NCBI GenBank assembly: GCA_018266375.1
Contig: JAFEAO010000002.1
Location: forward strand, 189,582-253,581
DNA: 64,000 nucleotides
Origin: Bdellovibrionales bacterium
GTDB lineage: Bacteria; Bdellovibrionota; UBA1018; CAIMNF01
Reading direction: 5' to 3'
Shown: positions 30,949-43,906 of the stretch, piece by piece
Position numbering within the stretch: the stretch's first letter is position 1
Layout: each line of letters begins with the position of its first letter
Position numbers and translations under genes: made by a program
The notes under the pieces: model-generated
What the model saw: the letters and a program-made list of their open reading frames with translations, nothing else
Database searches by the model: none
What the model was told of the DNA's origin: nothing

Positions 30949-31638
30949 TTATTTATCAGCATTGAAGCGATAGCCTTCGCCCGGAATGGATTGGATGAAG
31001 CGGGCAGAATCGTCCAACTTTTTACGCAAATAACAAACATGAGAATCAACGGTGCGATTGGTCACGAACACGTCCGTGCCCCAGACTTCTTTTAAAATAT
31101 GGTCACGGCCGAAAATCCGGTTCGGGCTCTTCATGAAGAGAAGCAAGATTTTGAACTCACGCGGAGTGAGGGAGACGTAGCCTTCTTTGCCGGCGATCTT
31201 CAAACGCTGCGAACCGAGTTCGAGCATGAGAGGGCCAACCGAAATGTGATCGCTTTCTTGGGACTCTTCTTGCAAGCGCTTTAGACGTCGCTCGACGCGG
31301 GCGCGAAGCTCCAGCGAATGAAACGGCTTCACGATATAATCGTCCGCACCCAAAGTGAAAGCGCTGATCTTGCTTGCGACGTCTTCTTTACCGGTCAAAA
31401 AGATCACCGGAGTTTTTTTGTGGTTGGGAATATTACGGATCTTTTGGAACAGCTCAAAGCCGTCCCCATCCGGAAGCATGAGGTCGATTACGATCAAAGA
31501 ATAGTTCTTTGAAGAAGCTTGTTTGAAGCCCAACGCAACGCTGTCAGCAGAATCGAGGGTGACGCCGATTGGAGTCAGGGACGCTACGACTGCTTCAATG
31601 ATTTCGTCGGAATCATCGATGACAAGAATGTTTTGCAT
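30949..31638 (-). CDS. OmpR/PhoB-family response regulator
   Basis: REC domain (ILVIDDS, VIDLMLPDGDG, DDYIVKPF) plus a winged helix (LTPREFKILLLF..., GYRF). Confidence 0.93.
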   Translation of the reverse strand: MQNILVIDDSDEIIEAVVASLTPIGVTLDSADSVALGFKQASSKNYSLIVIDLMLPDGDGFELFQKIRNIPNHKKTPVIFLTGKEDVASKISAFTLGADDYIVKPFHSLELRARVERRLKRLQEESQESDHISVGPLMLELGSQRLKIAGKEGYVSLTPREFKILLLFMKSPNRIFGRDHILKEVWGTDVFVTNRTVDSHVCYLRKKLDDSARFIQSIPGEGYRFNADK

Positions 31639-31706
31639 GCTCTCTTTTTACCTTAGTTTCATCTCAATGTTAACCCAAAATGCCCCTGATAAACTTTATG
31701 CATCCT

Positions 31707-33851
<2,145 letters not shown>

Positions 33852-34067
33852 GCGCGCGGTCCGTCCTCGTACTTATAAGATCCACTATTTATAAATGAAG
33901 TACCATTTATTCTCACGTTATAAGATTATTGGGTCGGTATTAAGTTTTCGTAACATGAGCGATTATCCATAGTATTTGTCATTGGCTTTCGTTTACGCTT
34001 TCAAGTGACTCAAAATCCTACTGAAGACTAAAGCAAAATTCGAACCAATCAAAGATGGGACAGTATA

Positions 34068-34436
34068 ATGGGTGACAAAAAAAACATTTTGATTATCGAA
34101 GACGATCGCGACATCCTCGAGGTTCTAAAGGATATCTTGGAATCGGAAGGCTACACCGTCGCCACGGCCGAAAACGGCAAGATGGGGATCGAGGTATTGC
34201 AGTCTTTGAGCGAACCTCCGAAACTCGTTCTGCTCGATTTGATGATGCCGATCATGGATGGGTTCCAGTTCCGTCAGGAACAGCTTAAAAACGATGCGTT
34301 CAAAACAATCCCTGTAGTCGTGATGAGTGCGGACGGACGCATGGAACTGAAAAAAGATAGAATCGGCGTCGATATTTTCTTGAAAAAGCCGCTCGATTTG
34401 GAAACTGTCCTTGATACGGTATCAGGTTTTTTTTAG
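34068..34436 (+). CDS. Stand-alone receiver (CheY-like)
   Basis: Motifs ILIIEDD, LLDLMMPIMDG, VVVMSA and LKKP. Confidence 0.9.
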   Translation: MGDKKNILIIEDDRDILEVLKDILESEGYTVATAENGKMGIEVLQSLSEPPKLVLLDLMMPIMDGFQFRQEQLKNDAFKTIPVVVMSADGRMELKKDRIGVDIFLKKPLDLETVLDTVSGFF

Positions 34437-34545
34437 ACCGGGTCGCATAAAACAAGCCATTTTTACGTTGTTAAAGCGTCATTATGTTTTCTTAACGAGG
34501 CGGATTTCACCTTGTACGGTCCCAGGAAAGGACTATCCTGGTCAT

Positions 34546-36099
<1,554 letters not shown>

Positions 36100-36114
36100 A
36101 GTCTCGTAATGGCC

Positions 36115-36149
36115 AAAGCGCCGGAGCGGAAACACTTCGGCGCTTTTTT
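36115..36149 (+). terminator. Rho-independent terminator after the ntrC-like gene
   Basis: aaagcgccggag / cttcggcgcttt stem with one mismatch, followed by a T-run. Confidence 0.7.
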
Positions 36150-36151
36150 GT

Positions 36152-36439
36152 CTACTGAACGCGATGTTCGGCGGTATAGACCTTGAGCAAGTCACGGAAC
36201 TGAATCAGTAGCGCGTGGATTTTGGCCCAATCCTGAGCATCGGCGGCCTCTTCCATTTGTCGGCCGATAATGCCGATGTCTTCAAACCCGAACGTCAGGC
36301 CGCTGCCTTTCATTTTATGGCCGATTCTGCGCAGGGTATCCGCGTCTTTACTTTCCTCGGCGGTAAAGGATTGCGCGAGGTCTTCGGCCCGGCGGCTCAG
36401 ATACTTTTCTTGCTGTTCTTTTGAAATGGTCATAGTCAA
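36152..36439 (-). CDS. Histidine phosphotransfer (Hpt) protein
   Basis: 95 aa with the Hpt signature RIGHKMKGSGLTFGF. Confidence 0.85.
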   Translation of the reverse strand: MTMTISKEQQEKYLSRRAEDLAQSFTAEESKDADTLRRIGHKMKGSGLTFGFEDIGIIGRQMEEAADAQDWAKIHALLIQFRDLLKVYTAEHRVQ

Positions 36440-36485
36440 TCCCTACCGAGTCCCTGAACAAGCGGCATGCTAACATGCCTCCGTG

Positions 36486-37661
36486 TCAAAATCGATATTT
36501 TATCTGTTTGAATGGCCGTCCTTCGAGTGAGTAACAAACTGCGGAGTAGATCGGGGATTTGCACACCGGACAGAACAAAGCGTGTGGTTTGTTGAGCCCT
36601 TCGATCAATACTTGCTCGATCATCGATTGCTTGGAGCAAATGCGACAGTCGACGGTGAACGAATTGCTCTTAATGTTTTCGCGCTTCTCCGGGATCTCTT
36701 CGCGGAGAAGGCGAGCTTTTTTATGAGCGGAATAGATTTGGAGATCCGCGATGTTCGCGCCGTTCGAGAAGACTGTGACCGGTCCGTCTTCGGAAATCGT
36801 GACGACCAGGGCATCGTCAAAATCATAAGAAAACCTTACGGAAGAGGTGTGACGCGTACCTTTAAATTCAGGGATTAAGCTGCGGCTTAATTCCGTGTAC
36901 TTGAGTTGCACCCCCGTGCAGAGGAGCTTTCCGTCCGGATCCAAGAAAGTGGCTCCGTCAACGTGGGAGAGGAGGTGGCAGATCATTTTGGTGTGAGAGT
37001 CGTTGGAGAGCGACAGATCCAGATCCCGTAAATCCTCGGGCTGGGCCGCATCAAGGATCGGGTCGGCGCAATCGTGTTTCAAGCACCAGACCAAGGTCGC
37101 ACCGACGCGGTCGGTGGGGCTCATGAAGTGGAACGCGAATTCGAGAATGCGGTTTAAAATCCCTTTGTCGATGTCAGCCACGCACTGAGAGACCTTCCAT
37201 GCCGCCGTTTTGACGTTGGGCTTGGTAAACCAGCGTCGATTGTCGTGGATGGTGAGACTGTCGCCTTGAAAAAACTTGGTGATGCCGGCAGAGCTCCGAT
37301 GAAACATGAGTCCGCCCGAAATCGGAAAACTCCGGATGAGTTGGATCTCGGTCGTGATGTAGCTCTTGAAGTTGACGAGCCCGGCAAAACGGTTCTTATC
37401 GTAGATTAGGAATGTCTGCTCCCCATCCGCAAGCTTGCGCGCGAGCGGGAGGTCGTCGGATTCGAGTGGCATGACCTCAACGTCTTCCAGATCTTCGATA
37501 TGCTCGGCGAAGATCGCTCCGTAGGAATTGATCTTGCCTTCATGCGTTTCCGGAATGAGCGTGTGTTCAATCTCCGAGAGTACCGACGGAGATTGAAGCC
37601 AGTATTGTTTCCGCATATTGACGCCGTTAGAGGTGAGTTCCTGTTGCAAGTATTCTTGCAT
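36486..37661 (-). CDS. DAC (DisA_N) fold protein with an unknown N-terminal domain and a C-terminal Zn-ribbon. Possible atypical diadenylate cyclase.
   Basis: By-eye alignment to the CdaA/DisA core: RVGATLVW, HVDGATF (DGA), KGTRHT (GTRHR with the last R replaced by T) and VVTISEDGPVTVF. The C-terminus has CRIC-x21-CPVC. Confidence 0.7.
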   Translation of the reverse strand: MQEYLQQELTSNGVNMRKQYWLQSPSVLSEIEHTLIPETHEGKINSYGAIFAEHIEDLEDVEVMPLESDDLPLARKLADGEQTFLIYDKNRFAGLVNFKSYITTEIQLIRSFPISGGLMFHRSSAGITKFFQGDSLTIHDNRRWFTKPNVKTAAWKVSQCVADIDKGILNRILEFAFHFMSPTDRVGATLVWCLKHDCADPILDAAQPEDLRDLDLSLSNDSHTKMICHLLSHVDGATFLDPDGKLLCTGVQLKYTELSRSLIPEFKGTRHTSSVRFSYDFDDALVVTISEDGPVTVFSNGANIADLQIYSAHKKARLLREEIPEKRENIKSNSFTVDCRICSKQSMIEQVLIEGLNKPHALFCPVCKSPIYSAVCYSLEGRPFKQIKYRF

Positions 37662-37796
37662 CCGATTATTTTACCAGTGGACGGCGGGGAATGGCTCGTT
37701 GCATTTTCTTAACAACGGACGTGGAGAAAATACCTCTGAAAAATGTGTACGGTTCTTGCTTGTACTACATAGCCATCTCATGGAAGGGGGGTAAAG

Positions 37797-38234
37797 ATGC
37801 CACAAGGGAGCAATCACAAGTCAGTGTACGTCGTTGAGGATGATTTGGAGCTCTCCACTGTTTTGGATCGCGTTTTAAAAAGCATTGATCATCGGGTGAC
37901 ACTGGACTGGTCGACGACTGCGGAGGAGGCGATTCAGACTCTGAACCGCGCTTGGAAGAACGGGGTAAAACGCCCCTACGACCTTATTATCGTGGACGTG
38001 TTTTTAGATGGGGATCAAAACGGGTTGGATCTCTGGAATTTGTGCAAGCGGGAGTATCCGGATATTCCGGTGGTGCTGACCAGTGCCCATAAATTAAACA
38101 GCCTTTTCCCAAAAGACATGGATCCGGACGATATTCCGATTTTCTTACAAAAACCTTTCAGTATTAACGAGTGCAAGAAGCTGTTTAAGACGCTGCTCGC
38201 CCCGCCCGACAACTCTGCTCAAGCGAGTGCTTGA
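37797..38234 (+). CDS. Stand-alone receiver domain protein
   Basis: Motifs VYVVEDD, IIVDVFLDGDQNG, VVLTSA and LQKPF. Confidence 0.85.
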   Translation: MPQGSNHKSVYVVEDDLELSTVLDRVLKSIDHRVTLDWSTTAEEAIQTLNRAWKNGVKRPYDLIIVDVFLDGDQNGLDLWNLCKREYPDIPVVLTSAHKLNSLFPKDMDPDDIPIFLQKPFSINECKKLFKTLLAPPDNSAQASA

Positions 38235-38268
38235 TTTCGGTTTCGTGAACGGCCAGATGCAAAGATTT

Positions 38269-40470
38269 CTAAAACCTTTTAAACCACTCAATGAGCGCTT
38301 TTTTGCTCTCGGTGTTGTTTTTGTCGGTTTCAAAAATCGTGGAGAGTACGAAGTTGCTGCCCAAGCGTTTGCGGAGCGCGACTTCCTGCGAGGTTTCCCA
38401 ATCGGTACCGAAGGTTGCGGTTAAACCGTTTGCGAGTTTGACCCGCGCCGAGTACACGCGAGACGCCGGATTGTAGTTAACCGCTTCGATCGGGGTGGAT
38501 GAGAGCGCCCAGATTGAAAACAGCCCGAGCGCGCGGTTCGTGATCGCGGACTGGGTGTTGGCCACCGACGAGCTCTCGTCGGGCGTGAGTTCGGCCGTGG
38601 TTTGGTTAAAGAGAAGCACCGACACGATATCGTCTTCGGAGAGAGGCGGACTGCTCTCAAGCGTGAGTTTTGCTTTTCCGCCGAGTTCCACCACATCCAA
38701 AAAAATCGTATACTCGGTCTTCGGAATCACGAGCCGGCCTTCAAAGTGCGCGTTCTTCTCGCCCGGCGTGAGCTGATAAAAGAAATTGTGCACTTTGGCC
38801 GTGCGGTTCAAGTATTGAATGTCAAACGGCTCGATCGTGAGTTTGCCTTCGTTGCCATCGGATGCGAGCATCCAGTTAAAGGTCATCGGCGCGTAAGGAT
38901 CAAAGAACGGATGAAAAATCCGGATCCCAGACGGTATCGTCGAGATCTTCCATCGATAGCTCACCTTGGTCTTTGAAGGAGGTGGGTTGGCTTTTACTTC
39001 TTTCTTGATCTGCGCTTTGGCGATCGCTACCTCGGATTGAATGCGCGAATCTCTTTTGAGTGAAACGTTACTCTGAAGCGGGTCGAAGTTCGGAAGAGTA
39101 AACTTGAACGACTTGATCTCGGTGCCGCCATCGATCTTAAATTCCTTACCTTGTTGCAAGCTCTCAACCGTTCCGCTGGAGGTCAGGATGAGCGTTTGCT
39201 CGGTCGAGCGCAGATCGGTGTTAAATGCCACCGGAATTTTAAAATTTATCCGATCGGCGGCGACTGCACCGGCCGAGCTCCCGATCCGCAGATCGATTTG
39301 GCCGGTCATGACGTTGAAGGGCGCGGGTATTGCGGCGCTCGTTCCTTTTAAGCTCTTCACGACCTTTTGGAAGTCGGGAACTCTAGCTTCGATGTCCGCC
39401 CTTTTAAGCGCAAGTGGGAGCTCACCTTCGACATCGGCGTGCAAAATGATACCGCGGGTTTGGTTCGGACCCAGGATGACGTGGAAGAGATATTTGGTTT
39501 TGTCTTGAAACGGAACTTCTTTGATATCGACCGTGCCGTCGAATTTTGCCAAGAGCGTGGCCGGCGGGAGGACAGATTTGATTTGGCCTTTGGGTTCAAT
39601 CTCTTGTGGGACAATGTTTACGCCAAACTTTGAGTTTACCGTCAACGTTTTATCCCAGTGGATACTGAGTGCGCCGAACTCGATTGTTTCAAGCCAAGGC
39701 ACCAGGTGCTTGCCTTGCAGCGATCCATCGAGCGAAAGCGACGGCCCCGCCCACGCGATTTGCCCTTTCAAAACGCCGGTCGCGCGCCAGCTGTCTTTGA
39801 CTTCAAATTGCAGCGTGAGCGGGGTCGCGCCGCTCTCGTAACTCATGCCCTCGATATTAACGCGAGCTTGAATGCCTTTTGGAATCGAATAGGTACCAAC
39901 GAGCTTAAAGAGGTCGGAAGTAGGCGCGGTCAGCGTGAGGGACGCGGTACTGATCTTGCCTGCGTTTTCGATCGTGGTCTTCGGCAATTGGACGTCGACG
40001 CCAGAGACTTTAAAGTTTTTAGCGATCGAGAGGTATTTGCCGAGTTCAAACGGCTCGGCCGGTTTTTTGTCGGGCTTGGGTTTTTTTGTCGGAGGAATGA
40101 TCTTGATATCTTCGCTTTTAACGATGAGTGGACCGACATCGAGAAGTTCGAAGTGGATGATTCCCGTGACTTTGAACGAAAACGCGGCCTCAACGTCGTT
40201 GAAGCATCCTTGCAGAGGCGAGGAGTCCGACACGGCCGTGCAAAATCGTGAGATCTTAAGATCGATGTGTTTCACCCGCCAACCGCGGTTGTCGATGGAG
40301 AGCGACACATGCTCGGGCGGTTGGGTGAGCGTGAGCGCTTGCGCCAAGGCGTCTTTCAATCTTGGCTCGGTAGCAATCCACTCTAGGTTAAACCAAACCG
40401 CGACGGCCGCGCCGACCGCCAGCACGACTAAACCACCGATGCTGAGGAGGATGATTTTTGCGGTCTTCAT
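38269..40470 (-). CDS. tamB: TamB-like translocation/assembly module protein (short form)
   Basis: N-terminal signal-anchor. C-terminal DUF490-like tail (SSPPLSEDDIVSVLLF...ALIEWFKRF). The start ATG shares 1 nt with the tamA-like stop. A TTG at 40473 is an alternative start. Confidence 0.78.
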   Translation of the reverse strand: MKTAKIILLSIGGLVVLAVGAAVAVWFNLEWIATEPRLKDALAQALTLTQPPEHVSLSIDNRGWRVKHIDLKISRFCTAVSDSSPLQGCFNDVEAAFSFKVTGIIHFELLDVGPLIVKSEDIKIIPPTKKPKPDKKPAEPFELGKYLSIAKNFKVSGVDVQLPKTTIENAGKISTASLTLTAPTSDLFKLVGTYSIPKGIQARVNIEGMSYESGATPLTLQFEVKDSWRATGVLKGQIAWAGPSLSLDGSLQGKHLVPWLETIEFGALSIHWDKTLTVNSKFGVNIVPQEIEPKGQIKSVLPPATLLAKFDGTVDIKEVPFQDKTKYLFHVILGPNQTRGIILHADVEGELPLALKRADIEARVPDFQKVVKSLKGTSAAIPAPFNVMTGQIDLRIGSSAGAVAADRINFKIPVAFNTDLRSTEQTLILTSSGTVESLQQGKEFKIDGGTEIKSFKFTLPNFDPLQSNVSLKRDSRIQSEVAIAKAQIKKEVKANPPPSKTKVSYRWKISTIPSGIRIFHPFFDPYAPMTFNWMLASDGNEGKLTIEPFDIQYLNRTAKVHNFFYQLTPGEKNAHFEGRLVIPKTEYTIFLDVVELGGKAKLTLESSPPLSEDDIVSVLLFNQTTAELTPDESSSVANTQSAITNRALGLFSIWALSSTPIEAVNYNPASRVYSARVKLANGLTATFGTDWETSQEVALRKRLGSNFVLSTIFETDKNNTESKKALIEWFKRF

Positions 40471-42275
40471 CAAAACTCCTTGCCGAAACTTAAAAAGAAC
40501 TGAAAGTGCGAGAGCTCCTGCCGGGCACTGTCGGTGTTGGTCACGTAGCCGTGAGCAAAGGTGGTGCGAACCGCGCCAAACGACGTGCTCAAACGCAATC
40601 CCAAGCCGGGCGACGCATACAGCGCGCCGTTTAGAGCGAACACGTTTTGCCCGAGCGCGCCGACGTCAAAAAATGCAAAGGGTTCCATCCAAACCGGGAG
40701 CGATTTTGCGTATCGGATCTCGGTGCCCATAAATCCGCTTGAGAGCGCGCCGATCGTACCGTTATTGAGCTCGTAGCGGCCGAAGCCGCGAAGATCGTTG
40801 TCGCCCCCCAAGACTTGATAATATTGAGCGGGCAAAATCGAAGCGGCCTCGGGCTTTGCCGAAGTCACCGTGGTCGAAAACCCGTAACGAAGCCCGAACA
40901 CCCATTGGTGGGGCTCGACGTCGTTGAGTTTGAACAAATGCGTGCCACGAAATTTGATATCGGTCGCGATCGGATGAAAGCTGGTGCCCGGTGAGAGCGA
41001 CTCGGCGTTTAAAGTCAGAAGCGTGCCCGAGCGGGGATCGGCCTGATAAAGCTCGTACTCGTGACTCATGAGTGAGAGATCCGCGATGAGCGAGAGGTAG
41101 GTGTCGGCGAGATCGATGCCGTAAGTTGTGGAGTAAACCCGGCTCAACGCGGGTCCGAGTGAGGTCGTGAGCGCGAACGTATCGTAATCCGCTTTATAAA
41201 TGAGGGGGGTGCTCACCTGAAACTCGCTTGATTCGTAGATCGGCTCGTTCCGGTGTTCGAACGTAAACGTGGGGTTTAGACTCAATCTCGGAACATATCT
41301 AAAGAGGTAGTCCGAGTAGGTGAACTGCGCTTTTTGATTCCGGTGCGATAGATACACCGACGCCAGCAAGCTTGAACCGAACTGATCGAGGCGCACGCTC
41401 TTCCATTTGATCTGGAAAATCGGGATTTCCTCGGTGCTGGCACCTGCGCCGATGGTCAGCAGGCGAGGCGCGCCGCCGATCACTTGTTGCTCGGGCTCGA
41501 GATGCGCCGGCGTGGAGGTAAATTCATGGGTGGAGCCTTCGCCCAGCGGACACTGATAACTGATTTGCGAACTCACGACGATGCCATCGAGTTCGGCGCG
41601 GGATTGTGTGAGCTGAATCCACGGGTAGGTAAACTCCTGCCCTTCGCGGAAGGCCTGAAACCGGGTGTACACCTCGGGATAGATTCCGAACGCGTCCTTC
41701 AGCTTCGGGTTTTCGAAAACGTATTTCGGTCCGCTCCGGACCGTTGCCGTGATCACACCCGTCTCCTGGATGGCGCTAAGATCCACGTCAGGACACGCGT
41801 AGCCCATGAGTTTTAGACGCGCGATCGTATCGGCTTGAATGCGGTCCAAGAGATCGGAGTTCAAGGGCTCGCCGATCACGTTTCGAAAACGGACTCGATC
41901 GAAGCCGGCAGGCGTGCCCACGAAATCAATGCGCGTCGAGCGAGCGATCCGGCCCGGATCGACGACGAGTGTTTCATCGCCCGAAGAATCCTTTTCGAGC
42001 GAGAACTGCGGATCAAAGTACGCGCGGTTGCGTAAAAACTGACGAAGACTGAACTCCGATTGCGAAAGCGGAATCAGCTTCCAGCTCTCGGTCTTCGGAT
42101 CTCCGCACACGAGGAGCATTTCGTTGCGGTTGAAATCGATTCCGTGATCCTTTTTATATTCAAATCTGACGCGCTCGCCGCAAATCTGATCGTGATTCGT
42201 GGCACATCCGCCGGCAGCGAGAATCATCGCGATTCCGACACCGGCGGATCTCACCGCATTGCTTTTTGATACCAT
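40470..42275 (-). CDS. tamA: Omp85-family outer-membrane protein, TamA-like, possibly lipidated
   Basis: 601 aa with a C-terminal beta-barrel ending LSFGKEF. The N-terminal signal ends LAAGGC. Adjacent and coupled to the tamB-like gene. Confidence 0.78.
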   Translation of the reverse strand: MVSKSNAVRSAGVGIAMILAAGGCATNHDQICGERVRFEYKKDHGIDFNRNEMLLVCGDPKTESWKLIPLSQSEFSLRQFLRNRAYFDPQFSLEKDSSGDETLVVDPGRIARSTRIDFVGTPAGFDRVRFRNVIGEPLNSDLLDRIQADTIARLKLMGYACPDVDLSAIQETGVITATVRSGPKYVFENPKLKDAFGIYPEVYTRFQAFREGQEFTYPWIQLTQSRAELDGIVVSSQISYQCPLGEGSTHEFTSTPAHLEPEQQVIGGAPRLLTIGAGASTEEIPIFQIKWKSVRLDQFGSSLLASVYLSHRNQKAQFTYSDYLFRYVPRLSLNPTFTFEHRNEPIYESSEFQVSTPLIYKADYDTFALTTSLGPALSRVYSTTYGIDLADTYLSLIADLSLMSHEYELYQADPRSGTLLTLNAESLSPGTSFHPIATDIKFRGTHLFKLNDVEPHQWVFGLRYGFSTTVTSAKPEAASILPAQYYQVLGGDNDLRGFGRYELNNGTIGALSSGFMGTEIRYAKSLPVWMEPFAFFDVGALGQNVFALNGALYASPGLGLRLSTSFGAVRTTFAHGYVTNTDSARQELSHFQFFLSFGKEF

Positions 42276-42631
42276 TCGCGACTCGGTAGGAGGGACGTTT
42301 CGGTTTTCTTAGGGGTAACGCGAATGCCGGTATCGAGGTGGGCATCCGAAAGTTTTAAGTTCACGTTGCTCATCTTTCGCTTCCACGCGTTCCGAGTTTT
42401 TTCTGGAATGACCCCATGGGCGGGGAGGCTTTGCGTGATCTTTGCTCTCCTTGTGAGCTACTTCTTTAGCACGAACAGCGTCAAGCGTCGAGTGTAGGCG
42501 AGAAGTGTTTTCGTTCTCAACCGTCCACAACGCCACGCCCGAGGCGGTTGCTTGCAAATTCGGGCTTTTCAGCAGTATCTGGCTGCGGCTCGTCGAAAAG
42601 CAAGTCCCTCAAACCGACCGGGAAACGAATC

Positions 42632-43006
42632 CTAGTGTTTTTCATTCTTGCTGAAATACTGCTCCACCTGATTGCCGAGTTGAAATAGTCTTTGTCCTAT
42701 CGTCTCGAGCTGTTTACCTGATTTTTCGATGAGACGACTGAGCTCGAGCATCTTGCCCATGATTTTTTCGTTGTTCATGGCGAGTTCCTTCCAGCGGGCG
42801 ACAGTGTCGACCTTCGGATCGTGATCGGGGTTGCTATCCGATGATTTAGCCGGAGCGTCGGTTGAAATCACGCTCGGATCGATGTTGAACTTTGATCCGG
42901 TCGCGAACTCATTATTGTCGTTATTGTCGGATTGCTTTGCTTTAGTAACTGCCGGTGGCGCTACTTTTTTAGCCGAGCGTGGCTCGGTATTTAGTGTAGA
43001 TGTCAT
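42632..43006 (-). CDS. Hypothetical protein with a disordered N-terminus and a coiled-coil C-terminus
   Basis: RBS aaggagg before the ATG. The C-terminal heptad-like segment is WKELAMNNEKIMGKMLELSRLIEKSGKQLETIGQRLFQL. Confidence 0.6.
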   Translation of the reverse strand: MTSTLNTEPRSAKKVAPPAVTKAKQSDNNDNNEFATGSKFNIDPSVISTDAPAKSSDSNPDHDPKVDTVARWKELAMNNEKIMGKMLELSRLIEKSGKQLETIGQRLFQLGNQVEQYFSKNEKH

Positions 43007-43120
43007 GGTTTGCCTCCTTGTATTTAGTTAAAACCACAGATGAAAATGCATAAACTAAGCCAGGGCGTAATTGGGATTTTTGCCCCGTGGCAGGATGATG
43101 GACTATTGAGTTGGGGCCGC

Positions 43121-43660
43121 TCAGGCAGCGAGGCCGTGAACTTGCTGTATGTAGAAGTTGAGCTTACGCATGATATTGAACAGCGTATTGTCCTTGTGGA
43201 TGTGGCCCAAGAAGCGGAAGTGGTGGGTGTTCACGAACTTGCATTTTTCTTGTTCGTCGCCTGAGAACACCACGACACGGGCTTTCTTGTTTTGCCATTC
43301 CATCGGAAGGATCGGATCGAAGCGGAATAGCTTCTCAGCTTCGAGGAGGGTCTTCAATCCGTTCAACTTCGGCAAATTCCAGTCGAGAAGAATCATGTCA
43401 AACGCTTGCCCGACCATGATGCTCATCGCTTCGTAAGGGTCGTCGGCGACGGTGACTCTTACGCCCGGGTTTTCGCGCAACGCAAGCCTGATCAAATCCG
43501 AGAGCTCGCGATCATCATCGATGATCAAGATACGCTTTACAACCTTGGTCATGCGATGCATTGGTTGGGCGTGGGTCGATTCTGTGGCACGTTGCTTTGA
43601 ACGATGTTCAAACGATTCGTAATCCGTCAAATCTTTCTCCAGTCTAATTGACGTATTCAT
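43121..43660 (-). CDS. Receiver-domain protein with an N-terminal extension of about 40 aa
   Basis: Motifs ILIIDDD, LLDWNLPKLNG and VVVFSG. RBS aaggagg upstream. Confidence 0.8.
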   Translation of the reverse strand: MNTSIRLEKDLTDYESFEHRSKQRATESTHAQPMHRMTKVVKRILIIDDDRELSDLIRLALRENPGVRVTVADDPYEAMSIMVGQAFDMILLDWNLPKLNGLKTLLEAEKLFRFDPILPMEWQNKKARVVVFSGDEQEKCKFVNTHHFRFLGHIHKDNTLFNIMRKLNFYIQQVHGLAA

Positions 43661-43906
43661 AACAACCTCCTTGTTTGTTATTATGCGGCGTGACCCAGCG
43701 ACGAGCGCGCGGAACTGACCTCAGCATTTTTAGTTACACGTGAGTTAAGAGCAACAGCTGTGCCAAGGCGTTTTTGGGGTAATTTGGTACGGCTGGGTAG
43801 CGAGCTTCCGGAGCGCGGACCGGCATGGATTTGACGATCAACAGGGATTCACTGTATTTACATTCGTATTATTTACAGGGCGAAAAGGGTATGGAAGCAT
43901 ATCCTT

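Noticed and set aside
42309-42557. 82-aa ORF in the gap upstream of the tamA-like gene
   Set aside because: It has a TTG start, no RBS, and a charged low-complexity sequence without features. I left the 356-nt gap unannotated.
43800-43850. Sigma54-like sequences (CGGCAT-GGATT-TGAC near 43820; similar partial matches near 37740 and 61060)
   Set aside because: The GG-to-GC spacing is off by one or two nucleotides, or the -12 GC is missing. I could not support any as a real sigma54 promoter despite the NtrC-type activator in the window.
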